Notes: generated by a model from the sequence alone, not told the origin. Counted from the first letter of the stretch, positions 29,014 to 39,191 are shown. The stretch: DNA of 50,938 nt from Oligoflexus sp. (GCA_041736305.1 JBGSTX010000118.1:1-50938), one strand, 5' to 3'. Numbers and translations are program-made.

Positions 29014-30125
29014 AGTGCTTTACCTGTGGTTGGTTGTGGCACTTCATAGCCCTCGAGAACAAATTCATTGATCTTGTTTCTGAGGGTACGCAGACTGATT
29101 CCAAGGGTCTTCGCTGAGTGAGTGCGGTTTCCTTGATGGGTACGCAGTGTCTCTAGGATGAATTGAGTCTCGACGTCGCGCATTTTTCTACCGATCGGCA
29201 GATGCTTGACCCACTCCAGATCTTCGTCGATCTTGCGCTGCTCGAGAACAAATTCTTTAGCGGTAATCGTATTGCTGTTGCTCATAAGAACAGCGCGCTG
29301 GATTACGTTCTGTAGCTCGCGTACGTTCCCTGGCCATGGATACTTGACTATTTTCTGCATGGCGTCAGCCGTAAGCGTAGCCGCTTCGCCTTTGAACTGG
29401 GTGCTGAAGGACTTAAGGAAGTGACGCGTTAGAACTTCGATGTCCTTGGGGCGCTCGCGCAAGGGCGGTATTTCTAGATGGATGACATAGAGGCGATAGA
29501 AGAGGTCCTGACGGAAGCGTCCATCTTTTACCGAACGCGTGATATCACGGTTGGTGGTTGCGATAATGCGTGAGTTGACCTTGATCGGACCCTGACCACC
29601 TATGCGCTCAATTTCCTGCTCCTGAAGCGCTCTCAACAGCTTTGCCTGGAGATTCTGATCGGTCTCGGTAACTTCATCGAGAAGAAGTGTTCCACCATTT
29701 GCTTGCTCGAACTTACCAATATGCTGCTGATGTGCTCCGGTGAATGCACCCTTCTCAAAGCCGAAAAGCTCGCTTTCCAGCAGGGAAGGAGGCAAGGCCG
29801 CGCAGTTGATAGCCACAAAGGGGTCGTTCTTGCGGTTGCTGCTCATGTGGATCATACGCGCGATGACTTCTTTACCCGTACCTGATTCACCCGTGATCAG
29901 GACAGGCACGTTAGCATCAGCGATTTGCTTGATGATTTCGCGGATGCGCAACATCTTTTCATCGGCAAAGATGAAGTTTGTGGTTTGGGCTGGAGCTGGA
30001 GCCGCCTTGTTTTGCTGTAAGCGTTCACGCCGCTGTTTTTCCTGAATGTAGCTCAAGTAATCGGTGGAATTGTTTTTGTTTTCTTCGATGTCATGGGCGA
30101 TCGCACTGTTGTTGTTCTGACTCAT
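29010..30125 (-). CDS. Sigma54-dependent enhancer-binding protein (AAA+ and Fis-type HTH) without receiver domain
   Basis: ITGESGTGKE, GAFTGA, LLDEV, FRQDLFYRL, WPGNVRELQN, and HTH GNRTHSAKTLGISLRTLRNK. Only about 50 aa precede the AAA+ domain. Confidence 0.93.
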   Translation of the reverse strand: MSQNNNSAIAHDIEENKNNSTDYLSYIQEKQRRERLQQNKAAPAPAQTTNFIFADEKMLRIREIIKQIADANVPVLITGESGTGKEVIARMIHMSSNRKNDPFVAINCAALPPSLLESELFGFEKGAFTGAHQQHIGKFEQANGGTLLLDEVTETDQNLQAKLLRALQEQEIERIGGQGPIKVNSRIIATTNRDITRSVKDGRFRQDLFYRLYVIHLEIPPLRERPKDIEVLTRHFLKSFSTQFKGEAATLTADAMQKIVKYPWPGNVRELQNVIQRAVLMSNSNTITAKEFVLEQRKIDEDLEWVKHLPIGRKMRDVETQFILETLRTHQGNRTHSAKTLGISLRTLRNKINEFVLEGYEVPQPTTGKAL

Positions 30126-30134
30126 CCAGGGCTC

Positions 30135-32453
30135 CTATTGTTGGAGTTGTTCCAAACGTTTCTTGGCAAGCTCGGCGTACAAAAGATTATTGCCATCGTT
30201 GGCAGCCTGCTGAAAGGCAGCGAGGGCTTCTTCGCGGCGTCCTGATCGATAGAGCAGGAGACCGCCTTTATAGAGAGCTTCAGCCCGACCGTCCCATTGA
30301 TTGTTCTCAGAGCCAGTCAATGCATAAAGCCTGCCAGCTTCAAGGTAGTCATTGCTCTTCCTGAGCTCTTCAGCCAATTGGGTTAGTTCTCGTGTCCAGA
30401 CTGATAGCGATTCTTTATCTGTAGCTGTGCCCTTTAGGTTGATGCGGCGTTGGAGGAGTTTAGCGCCCTTTCGCTCATTATCCATTCCAAGCTGTTCGAA
30501 GCGCTTACTCAAGTCGGCGAGAACATGAATAAGTCGAGCGGTGGGTAGCGCTTCACCGCCTGATTTTGTGAGCGAAGACTTAGCATCGGGAGTATCTGTA
30601 GCCAGTCTTTGACTCCATACTTCGAGCAGTATCTTGGGAGAAGTCTTGATAAAGTGTGGCGATTGAATGTTTTGCTCGATGATTTCCTTGCTTTCGGCGA
30701 AGACAAGGGATTTTTCATCAGCAGTCAAAGCCTGCCAGCTATTCCAGCAGCTCTGATCTGAACTTTTCACAATTTTTTGCAGTTTATTAATTTGGTCCTG
30801 AGCCGACTTCTTGGTCTGTTCGTTATCGAGCGCCGCCATCGCTGTTTGCATCAGCCAGAAATTGCTGCGGAACTGATCAGTCTTGCTTTGTGCAGTCTTT
30901 ACAGCGGTTTCATAGTAGGGAACTGCGGCAAGGGGCTGCTGAAGGCGGCGGTACGACTCCGCGGCAGCCCAGCTCAACTCACTGGTTTTGCGAATCTCAT
31001 CAAGCGAACGAGGCAGGCTTTCGACGATCGCGACAAGCTCAGCATACTGCTGGGCTTTCAACTGCTTTTTTATAGATTTTAGCAGGCTTTGTTCCGAAGC
31101 AGCTAAGAGCTGTTCGCGGTAAGGAGAGGTCGCGTTGCCTTTGTATCGCTCGAAAAATTCAGCCGCGAAGGCAGCAGTGGCCGGATCCCAGGGCGCTTCT
31201 TGCAATCGATTGGAAAGCAGTATCGCATCGATAAGGAAAGCCGTGCGAGGGCTATCAGCACCATCTCTGGCTTCTTCGAGCTGGGACATGATATTGGGAC
31301 CGATCTTAGGTAAGAGCTTGAATCCTGGCCATAGGCGTTTCATCTCAGTAGAGTCGATTTGCCAGTAAGCGCGGCGGAGTGCAATTTGCGAGAGAAGCGC
31401 AGGATTTTCACGTGCATTTATGCTGTCCAGCGCTTTAGCTAAGCTAGCGAGTTCAGCAGTCTTTTCTTCACTAGTAGCCCGGATAGCCCTAATATCGAGG
31501 CGTCTTAGAGCCGCGTAGTATGCAAGCGGATGGTCAGGATGTTTAGCCGCAAGGCTTTCATAGTAGCCATCCGCTAGGGTAAGACTGCCCTGACCCAGGT
31601 GTATTTCAGCCAATTTCCAGATATGTTCTGCCTGCTGATCGAAGACGCTGGGATCATCATGCAAGACTTTTTGATAAGCTACCAAAGCTCGGCTCTCGTG
31701 ACCAAAATCAAAAAGCTGAGCTGCATAAGCAGCGAGGGCCTCGGCTGAACTGAGAGCTTTGTTGGCGTTTTTCTTCAACCATTCGCCATAGTTTTTACCG
31801 GTTTTTACAGTAGATGTTTGAATACGGTATACATAGGGAGGAAACGTCTTCCAGTTTTGGCCTATACCGCCGGCGGTATCGTTGAGATTGACGAGCAGAT
31901 CCTGAGGTGTCCGGATACTCTTTGGATCTGGCTGGAGTAGGCGGCGTTTACCTGAAGCTGGTAGCGACTCCGGAGCTGCAGCAGGGGGCGGTGGCGAGAT
32001 TTGCGCAATTGGAGCCGCAGCACCTTCGCTGGATTGGGCCAAAGGATTGAGGGGGAGGCCAGTCGTAGGGTCCGTAGCCTCTTGATAGTCTGCATCGAAG
32101 AAATCGAGGGTAATGCGGAAAGGTTCCTGAAAGCTATTAATCATGACCTTGATAGCATCGTCGCGAAGGATCATGCGAACTTCAGTAGCCTGTGCTCCCA
32201 AATCCTTGAAAAAAACCCGTCGAATCACTGTCTCATCATAGTGGAAAAGAGCTTCGAGTTCGTTTGGATGAGTCTTCTGGACCTCAAGAACTACAGAGCG
32301 ATCGGCAGGCTCAAAGCGGTAGCTGAATATGCGCTCTTCAGGAAAGGCTAGAACGATCTGGCTATACCGCTGCTGGGCTTCCAAGGGAAGCCAGCTTCCC
32401 GCTGACAAAGCGAGAGCAAAGAGCAGCTTAGATGCGATCGCCAGGACGCGCAT
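30135..32453 (-). CDS. Exported protein with an N-terminal beta (AMIN-like) domain and TPR repeats, first gene of the flagellar operon
   Basis: Start ATG 32453 lies downstream of the sigma54 promoter with an AGGA RBS. Signal peptide, FQEPFRITLDFF, and TPR-like helices (AEALYKGGLLLYRSGRREEALAAF). Confidence 0.75.
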   Translation of the reverse strand: MRVLAIASKLLFALALSAGSWLPLEAQQRYSQIVLAFPEERIFSYRFEPADRSVVLEVQKTHPNELEALFHYDETVIRRVFFKDLGAQATEVRMILRDDAIKVMINSFQEPFRITLDFFDADYQEATDPTTGLPLNPLAQSSEGAAAPIAQISPPPPAAAPESLPASGKRRLLQPDPKSIRTPQDLLVNLNDTAGGIGQNWKTFPPYVYRIQTSTVKTGKNYGEWLKKNANKALSSAEALAAYAAQLFDFGHESRALVAYQKVLHDDPSVFDQQAEHIWKLAEIHLGQGSLTLADGYYESLAAKHPDHPLAYYAALRRLDIRAIRATSEEKTAELASLAKALDSINARENPALLSQIALRRAYWQIDSTEMKRLWPGFKLLPKIGPNIMSQLEEARDGADSPRTAFLIDAILLSNRLQEAPWDPATAAFAAEFFERYKGNATSPYREQLLAASEQSLLKSIKKQLKAQQYAELVAIVESLPRSLDEIRKTSELSWAAAESYRRLQQPLAAVPYYETAVKTAQSKTDQFRSNFWLMQTAMAALDNEQTKKSAQDQINKLQKIVKSSDQSCWNSWQALTADEKSLVFAESKEIIEQNIQSPHFIKTSPKILLEVWSQRLATDTPDAKSSLTKSGGEALPTARLIHVLADLSKRFEQLGMDNERKGAKLLQRRINLKGTATDKESLSVWTRELTQLAEELRKSNDYLEAGRLYALTGSENNQWDGRAEALYKGGLLLYRSGRREEALAAFQQAANDGNNLLYAELAKKRLEQLQQ

Positions 32454-32498
32454 GTTCTGTTTCCTAAGGTTACCAGTGAGGAGTTGCCTAGATAGGGA

Positions 32499-32514
32499 AG
32501 CAAAGCTTGTGCCA
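32499..32514 (-). promoter_or_regulatory. Sigma54 (-24/-12) promoter of the flagellar operon
   Basis: Minus strand TGGCAC-AAGCT-TTGCT, an exact TGGCAC-N5-TTGCW consensus. Confidence 0.85.
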
Positions 32515-32718
32515 CCCATTAAGACGTCCGAATCATTATCTAAAAATTGACATCGCCAAAATCCCGTCATTGTGATTAGGCTTTTGAGTCAAAGGGCTGA
32601 CGATTCACGACGCTTGTGTCATCTCTTTGACTTGGGTCGAGTTTTGGTAGTAAGCATAGGAGTACCTTTACGTCATCGTCGGCGTCCCATTTTTTCTTTC
32701 TGCGAACGAGAGATCACG

Positions 32719-34200
32719 ATGTTAAATAAAGATAAGTTACCCTGGGATGAACGCGCCGTCCGGGTCGCGGTAGTCGGCGATTTGATACTCGATGAGTACC
32801 TCGACGGAGTCGTCAATCGCATCTCACCAGAAGCGCCGGTCCCTGTCCATCTCGTCAAAAATTCGAGTGTCACGGCAGGTGGTGCCGCGAATGTTGCGAG
32901 AAATATACAGCTCGCCGGCGGCGAAGCTCTGCTCGTTGGTGTTTGTGGAAACGATGCGTCTGCGGTTCAGCTGAAACAACTTCTTAAAGCCGATCGAATC
33001 GATTTAAATGGCGTCTGCACGGATCCTGAACGACCGACCGTGAAGAAGACGCGGATAACATCGAGCCACCAGCAGCTCGTTCGGATCGACTGGGAAGAGG
33101 TCAAACCTATTGCTGCTGCGATGCAAGACCAGCTTTTTAAACACCTCGAATCTCTAAGCTGGGACGTCCTCCTCCTCAGCGACTATGGGAAAGGCGGATT
33201 GCCGCAGGATTTTCTCAGGCGTCTCATTAATTTGGCTAACGAGCGTCAAAAACCGGTCGTCGTAGACCCCAAGGGAAAAGACTATAGCATTTACGCAGGC
33301 GCCCAGCTCGTCACTCCTAATCGCAAGGAAGCCTATGAGGCTTTGGCAATTGAAGATCAAAGTGAATGGACAGCAGAAGCTCTGGCCCAGACGCTATATA
33401 AAAGGCATAACATCGCCAATATACTAGTAACGTTGGGTGCTCAGGGTATGTTCGGGCTCGAAGGGGCCACGCAGGAGACTCAGCATCTTTCGGCGCTTAC
33501 GCGAGAAGTCTTCGATGTTTCGGGAGCTGGAGATACCGTCGTTGCGATGATGGCTTTGGGCATGGGAGCCGGAATCCACGTGTTCGAAGCAATGAAGTTG
33601 GCCAACGCAGCTGCCGGCCGAGTCGTAGAGAAATGGGGAACTCAGCCTATTAAACGCGAGGAACTCATTGAGGCTTTGGCCCGCGACTTGAGCAAACAAA
33701 CTTTCGGCTTTACTCCAACGAATTCAAAAATCGTAAGCTTGAACGAACTCAAGCAGCTCATAGGCCCTCATGGACAGCGCAAAAGAAAGGTTGTCTTCAC
33801 CAACGGCTGCTTCGATATTCTCCATGCGGGGCACATATCCTATCTTGAAGAAGCTAGATCGAGAGGCCATCTCCTGGTGATCGGAGTCAATAGCGACAGG
33901 TCGGTCAAGGCGCTCAAGGGTGCCTCGCGACCGATTATTCCTGCGGAGCAGCGCATGCGGCTCTTAGCTGCCTTGCAGTGCGTAGATTTTGTGGTGAATT
34001 TCGATGAAGATACTCCAGCCAAGCTAATCAGCGATTTGATGCCAGACGTTCTAGTTAAAGGAGCAGATTACGAAGTGGCGCAAATAGTTGGTGCGGACGT
34101 CGTGCAGGCAGCAGGGGGGCGGGTTGAACGCATTCCTTTCGTCGAAGGCCTTTCGACTTCAGACATCGTGCGTCGGGTGAGAGAGCAGCAGCCGGGTTAA
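32719..34200 (+). CDS. hldE: Bifunctional D-glycero-beta-D-manno-heptose-7-phosphate kinase / 1-phosphate adenylyltransferase
   Basis: VVGDLILDEY, RISPEAPVPV, DVSGAGDTV, then VFTNGCFDILHAGH. Start set to ATG 32719. Confidence 0.95.
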   Translation: MLNKDKLPWDERAVRVAVVGDLILDEYLDGVVNRISPEAPVPVHLVKNSSVTAGGAANVARNIQLAGGEALLVGVCGNDASAVQLKQLLKADRIDLNGVCTDPERPTVKKTRITSSHQQLVRIDWEEVKPIAAAMQDQLFKHLESLSWDVLLLSDYGKGGLPQDFLRRLINLANERQKPVVVDPKGKDYSIYAGAQLVTPNRKEAYEALAIEDQSEWTAEALAQTLYKRHNIANILVTLGAQGMFGLEGATQETQHLSALTREVFDVSGAGDTVVAMMALGMGAGIHVFEAMKLANAAAGRVVEKWGTQPIKREELIEALARDLSKQTFGFTPTNSKIVSLNELKQLIGPHGQRKRKVVFTNGCFDILHAGHISYLEEARSRGHLLVIGVNSDRSVKALKGASRPIIPAEQRMRLLAALQCVDFVVNFDEDTPAKLISDLMPDVLVKGADYEVAQIVGADVVQAAGGRVERIPFVEGLSTSDIVRRVREQQPG

Positions 34201-34209
34201 AGTACTCGA

Positions 34210-34232
34210 CGGGCCCGGGCAATCCGGGCCCG
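34210..34232. terminator. GC hairpin between convergent hldE and nrdB
   Basis: CGGGCCCGG-GCAAT-CCGGGCCCG, a perfect 9-bp stem with no good U-tract on either side. Confidence 0.5.
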
Positions 34233-34239
34233 AAAACCT

Positions 34240-35238
34240 TCAGAAATCCTCGGTAAAACTCACTTCCCCTGAAACACCCACCTGATATGAGGCGACGCGT
34301 CGTTCAAAGAAGTTGGTCAGTTCCTGAACATCCTGCAAATCCATAAAGGAAAAGGGGTTTTTCGCGTGGTACATAGGGGGAATACCGAGCATCGCGAGCC
34401 TTTGATCGGCTACGTATTCAAGATAGGAGCGCATATCCCGCTCGGATAGACCAGCGATGCCCTTGCCCAGAACATCTTGTGCAAATATCATCTCGCATTC
34501 CACGGCTTCATCCATCATTTTCATGATACTTTGTCGCAAAGAAGCATCGAATAGGTCGGGCTCTTCCTGTCGGACCTCATCAATAACTGCAAATGCAAAG
34601 TTCATATGGCAACTCTCGTCACGGAATACCCAGTTAGTTCCTGAAGCCAGACCATGCAAGAGGCCTTTGGAACGTAGGTAGTACACGTAAGCGAAGGCAG
34701 CGAAGAAAAAGAGGCCTTCGATGCAGCAGGCAAAGCAGATGAGGTTCAAGAGGAACTTGCGCCTATCATCCTTTGTCTCTAGGGTCTGAAGATTCTGGAT
34801 CGAATCTATCCATCTAAAGCAGAATTCACCCTTGAGTTTAATCGAGGGAATGTTTTCTATGGCGGCAAAAGCTGCCACACGTTCTTCATCATTAGGTAAA
34901 TAGGTGTCCAGCAGAGTCAGATAGAACTGAACATGCAAAGCTTCTTCGTAGAGCTGCCGTGACAGGTACATTTTAGCTTCTGGGCTGTTGATGTGCTTAT
35001 AAAGGTTCAAAACCAGATTGTTCGATACGATCGAATCTCCGGTGGCAAAAAATGCCACCAGGCGTTTAATCAGGTGCCGTTCGGCCTCACTTAGTTTGTC
35101 ACGAAGATCACCGACGTCGGTAGTCAAATCCACTTCGTCAACGGTCCAGGTATTTTTAATCGCCGACTTATACATATCGTAGAAGAAAGGGTAACGCATC
35201 GGTCTCAGGGTCAGGGACATTCCGGGATTCAGCAGCAT
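34240..35238 (-). CDS. nrdB: Ribonucleotide reductase class Ia beta subunit
   Basis: FFATGDSIV, EEALHVQFY, IEGLFFFAAF, RDESCH, NFFERRV. AAGGAG RBS before ATG 35238. Confidence 0.95.
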   Translation of the reverse strand: MLLNPGMSLTLRPMRYPFFYDMYKSAIKNTWTVDEVDLTTDVGDLRDKLSEAERHLIKRLVAFFATGDSIVSNNLVLNLYKHINSPEAKMYLSRQLYEEALHVQFYLTLLDTYLPNDEERVAAFAAIENIPSIKLKGEFCFRWIDSIQNLQTLETKDDRRKFLLNLICFACCIEGLFFFAAFAYVYYLRSKGLLHGLASGTNWVFRDESCHMNFAFAVIDEVRQEEPDLFDASLRQSIMKMMDEAVECEMIFAQDVLGKGIAGLSERDMRSYLEYVADQRLAMLGIPPMYHAKNPFSFMDLQDVQELTNFFERRVASYQVGVSGEVSFTEDF

Positions 35239-35251
35239 TGTGGTCTCCTTA

Positions 35252-37645
35252 TCAAGTACAGGCTTCGCAGGCATCGGGATTTTCAAGGGAGCAGGCCACG
35301 GCTGCTAGGTTCGAAATCTGAACTGTCGTCTTATTGATACGGGTCGCTGGGCGAGACCGTAAGTAGTAGGTCGTTTTAAGGCCTTTTTTCCAAGCGTAAT
35401 TATACATCGAAGAGAGCTTGCCAATTGTGGGACTCTCGAGGAAAAGGTTGAGAGACTGACTTTGATCGATGAAAGCTCCCCGCTCTGCCGCCATATCTAC
35501 GAGGGCCTTTTGAGGAATTTCCCAGGCTGTTCGGTAGACCTGGCGGACCGCTGCTGGGATCTCCTCGATACCCTGGATCGAACCCTCGGCCAGCTTAATC
35601 TTGTTTTTCACTGAATCGTTCCAAAGTCCGAGCTTCTTGAGCGATTTAACTAGATAGCTGTTCACCTGAATAAATTCGCCCGAAAGAGTTTCTCGCTTAA
35701 AGAGATTAGATATCTGCGGCTCGATACACTCGTAGGCACCACAGATCGAGGCGATCGTTGCTGTTGGAGCAATGGCGATGAGCAGAGAGTTGCGAAGGCC
35801 ATAGCGTTTGATGCGCCCCTGCAGGTTCTCCCAGCGAGCCGCATCAGTCGGTTTTACGTTCCAAAGATCAAATTGCAGCTGACCTGCTGCTGCCCGCGTC
35901 TCTGAAAAACTTGGATGAGGGCCTAGTTCTTGCGCCAGATTGCACGACTCTTCGAGAGCAGCGAAGTAAATTTCTTCCTGGACCCGAGCCGATATTATGC
36001 GCGCTTCTTCACTATCGAAGGCAAGATTGAGGCGGAAAAAAACATCTTGAAGACCCATCACCCCGAGCCCAACTGGCCGCCAGCGGCTATTGGATGCTTT
36101 GGCTTCGGGAACTGGGTAGAAATTAATATCAACAACGCGGTCGAGATACTTGACCGCTATCCTGACGTTTTCACGAAGCTTATCATAATCAAGGCCATGG
36201 TCCCCGACGTAACGAGCGAGGTTGATCGACCCTAGGTTGCAGACCGCAACTTCTCCAGCAGAGCTTACTTCGATAATCTCGGTGCAAAGATTAGAGAGAT
36301 GGACGATGTTCTTGGGATTTTGACCAGTTTGATTGCACTTTCTATTAGAAGCGTCTTTAAAGGTCATCCAGCCGTTACCTGTTTGAGCCAAGGTCTTCAT
36401 CATAGCTGCATAGAGCTCACGAGCTGGCATTTGCTGCTTAGCGAGGCATTCTCGCTCGGCTGCAATATAGGCTTCATTGAATTCGTCGCCGAAAAGATCG
36501 GTCAGATGAGGAACATCGGCGGGATCGAAAAGAGACCAAGCTCCATCGCTTTCTACCCGCTGCATGAAGAGGTCGGGAATCCAATTGGCTAGATTGAGAT
36601 TGTGCGTGCGACGGGAATCATCGCCAGTATTCTCGCGGAGTTGAAGAAAATCTAAAATATCGGCATGCCAGCTTTCGAGATAGATGCACGCCGCACCTTT
36701 GCGTTTGCCGCCTTGGTTGACTGCAGAAACCGACGAATCGAGAGTCTTAAGAAAGGGGATGATGCCATTGGATTTGCCATTGGTACCCCGAATCAATGAT
36801 CCTCGGGCCCGTACTCTGTGATAGGCCAAGCCAATGCCTCCGGCAAACTTGGAGAGCAAAGCTACATCCTTATAACGATCATAAATCGACTCCAGGCTGT
36901 CAGCTGGTGAGTCGAGCAGGTAGCATGAAGACATCTGCGAGCGGCGGGTGCCGGAATTGAAAAGTGTCGGTGTGCTCGGCATATATTCAAAGGATGAGAG
37001 GAGATCGTAAAACTCTATCGCCTCACCTACATCGTGGGCTAAGCCACAGGCAACCCGCAAAAAGAAATACTGAGGTGTTTCGAAAACCAAGCGTTTGTCT
37101 GGATCTTTGAGGAGGTAGCGGTCGTAGACGGTCCGCAGACCGAAGTATTCAAAAAGTTCTGAACGTCTGTGGTCAATAGCCCGATCAAGAGCTTCCTGAT
37201 GTTCCATAACAAAATTGTAGACGTTTTCTGAAAGTATACCGACGTGAAAACCATGACGGATGGATTCAGAAAAGCTGCGAATCTTGAGCTTGGAAACCTC
37301 ATCGAGCACGTACTGATGGAGTTGGCGGGCTGCTAGCTTGGAATATTCGGGCTCTTCGCCTATCAGCATGGCCGTCGTTTGGGTCAGAAGCTGATCAAGC
37401 TCCTCAGTTGTGACCCCGTCGTAGAGACCAGAAATCACCTTATCGACGATAAGATTGATATCGACCTCATGGAGGCCGTAGCACAGGGAGGATATAGCCG
37501 CACGCAGTCGTTCACTGTTAAGTTGCTCCCGTTCACCGTTGCGCTTCCTTACAAAAGTCGGTAGCTCGCGCCGATGGGCGCTGGCACCGAGTTCAGAATC
37601 GCTAGACGACTGACTGTGACCGTTACTATGAAGACTCATGACCAC
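35252..37645 (-). CDS. nrdA: Ribonucleotide reductase class Ia alpha subunit with ATP cone
   Basis: ATP cone VRKRNG, STPTLFNSG, SSCYL, SNLCTEI, VCNLGS, APTAT, TTYYLR, C-terminal CxxC (ACEAC). Confidence 0.96.
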   Translation of the reverse strand: MVMSLHSNGHSQSSSDSELGASAHRRELPTFVRKRNGEREQLNSERLRAAISSLCYGLHEVDINLIVDKVISGLYDGVTTEELDQLLTQTTAMLIGEEPEYSKLAARQLHQYVLDEVSKLKIRSFSESIRHGFHVGILSENVYNFVMEHQEALDRAIDHRRSELFEYFGLRTVYDRYLLKDPDKRLVFETPQYFFLRVACGLAHDVGEAIEFYDLLSSFEYMPSTPTLFNSGTRRSQMSSCYLLDSPADSLESIYDRYKDVALLSKFAGGIGLAYHRVRARGSLIRGTNGKSNGIIPFLKTLDSSVSAVNQGGKRKGAACIYLESWHADILDFLQLRENTGDDSRRTHNLNLANWIPDLFMQRVESDGAWSLFDPADVPHLTDLFGDEFNEAYIAAERECLAKQQMPARELYAAMMKTLAQTGNGWMTFKDASNRKCNQTGQNPKNIVHLSNLCTEIIEVSSAGEVAVCNLGSINLARYVGDHGLDYDKLRENVRIAVKYLDRVVDINFYPVPEAKASNSRWRPVGLGVMGLQDVFFRLNLAFDSEEARIISARVQEEIYFAALEESCNLAQELGPHPSFSETRAAAGQLQFDLWNVKPTDAARWENLQGRIKRYGLRNSLLIAIAPTATIASICGAYECIEPQISNLFKRETLSGEFIQVNSYLVKSLKKLGLWNDSVKNKIKLAEGSIQGIEEIPAAVRQVYRTAWEIPQKALVDMAAERGAFIDQSQSLNLFLESPTIGKLSSMYNYAWKKGLKTTYYLRSRPATRINKTTVQISNLAAVACSLENPDACEACT

Positions 37646-38063
37646 TTCCTCACTTACTGCTGAAAAGAGAACTCTGCTTCGGTCAACGCCGAGAGACTGC
37701 CCGTCAGTCCTCGACGCGGCATGGAAAAATCGACAGTTGCGATAGACGCGTTCAGCTCAAGTTTTAATCTCAGGCAAGGCACCAGAGAAAAAAATAGCTA
37801 GCGATCCGCTGGTATCGCATTCAAAAACATATTCTCAATGAAGCGTGTTGCTGTCGTTGCTGCTGGAGCTTTACCCAGCTCTTTTACTCACCTGCCGTTC
37901 CTGTTCGTGTCTGCAAGTAGAGTCCTGAAACTGCTTTAGATGAGAGAGCTTCTAGGTGTGGCGTGATTCAGTTGTATCAAGCCAAGCATTTTTTTATTTC
38001 AACCTTCGAAGCTTCAGGAAGCTAAGTCTCTTTTTATCTTGGGCAAAAAGCAAGCGACGAAAA

Positions 38064-38111
38064 ATAGCATATATAGTGTGGGTCTTTAGTGTCAACCGCT
38101 AAATGTAGGGT
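38064..38111 (-). promoter_or_regulatory. Tandem NrdR boxes overlapping a sigma70 promoter of nrdAB
   Basis: Minus-strand ACCCTACATTTAGCGG (38096-38111) and ACACTATATATGCTAT (38064-38079), 32 bp apart, resembling acaCwAtATaTwGtgt. TTGACA-N18-TATGCT is interleaved. Confidence 0.7.
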
Positions 38112-38394
38112 ACTCCTGTGTATAAGCTCGGCAATTTTCCCGGAAAAAGAAGCTAGTTTAAACACTTGAAGTAAAGCTCTGCAAAAAACAAAAAACTTAT
38201 CCCCAAGCAAATTTTTTCAAAGGCTTCGCCCGCGTCGATGTTCATTTTTGAATCATTGACTACGCAGTTTCGCTTGAGCACGAATATCATGAGCACATGA
38301 AAAGATTTTCCATATCTTGCCAAAAAAGTTTCTCGATTTAAAGACCTACTTTTTTTGAAAGATATGAACTATCCAAGAAGGCGTAACGTGGAGG

Positions 38395-39099
38395 CTATGA
38401 TTTTTTTCCTGATTTCAGAATTTCTTCCATCGTGAGGCCGGTGAGCTTTTCAATGCCTTTAAGCAGGCGGAAAAGGGCAAAGCCCATGATGGCGGTAGAC
38501 GGGAGAGCGATGACAGGCCAGCTGAGAAAATTCATTTTGCCGAGCTCAGCAGTGAATTCTGCTGTGCCTGGAGCACTGGTTAGAATTATTTTTGCAAGTA
38601 CGTAATTGAGGATAGCCGACAAGAGGAAGGAAGCTGCTAAAAGATAAGAAGATTCTTGAAATAATTTTTCGAAATTTTCTTTGAGACCAGGCTCTTTGAG
38701 TCGGCTTTGGACCAGATCAACATCAACTACAGTGTCATTAAAGAGCATGCGTTTAACCAGAGGGGAAGCCGAACGCATCGATAGCAAGGTCACGATGCCA
38801 ATTATTGTGGGAATTGAGGCCTCTTTCACTGCAATCCAGTCGGGGGGGAGTTTGTAAAGTCCGAAAATTCCTGTCAGCAAGAAGCTGACCAAGCCTAAGA
38901 TCGAAATATAACTGATATCTTTGCGCTTTGCATAATCGTAGAGGATGTAACCCACAGGAAAGATCAAACTGATAATCAGTGCATTTGCAGCACCGAGTCG
39001 GCCCTCTTTGCTTAAAAAAGTTTGTATCGAATTGGGAACAACATAGGTGAACAAGATAGTGAAGAGAGGATTTTCCTGCTTCTGCTTACTACTTACCAT
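38395..39099 (-). CDS. VC0807-like integral membrane protein
   Basis: Multi-TM; SILGLVSFLLTG, WIAVKEASIP, SFLLSAILNY, LSWPVIALP. Confidence 0.7.
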   Translation of the reverse strand: MVSSKQKQENPLFTILFTYVVPNSIQTFLSKEGRLGAANALIISLIFPVGYILYDYAKRKDISYISILGLVSFLLTGIFGLYKLPPDWIAVKEASIPTIIGIVTLLSMRSASPLVKRMLFNDTVVDVDLVQSRLKEPGLKENFEKLFQESSYLLAASFLLSAILNYVLAKIILTSAPGTAEFTAELGKMNFLSWPVIALPSTAIMGFALFRLLKGIEKLTGLTMEEILKSGKKS

Positions 39100-39191
39100 G
39101 CAGCGCTTTCTCCTGATTCGGCCTTAAAAAAATAAGCAAGCAGGTTCTCAAAAGCGAACCTGCGATCAAAGATGAATAATTAGCTTTTAAA

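Noticed and set aside
32454-32718. ORF-track N-terminal extensions of the TPR gene (32570) and hldE (32572)
   Set aside because: They would leave no divergent promoter space and would overlap the sigma54 promoter. Better starts exist at 32453 and 32719.
37646-38060. Cobalamin riboswitch upstream of nrdAB
   Set aside because: No GGGAA...GCCACTG or B12-box (AGYCAGRAGACC) pattern is visible on the minus strand.
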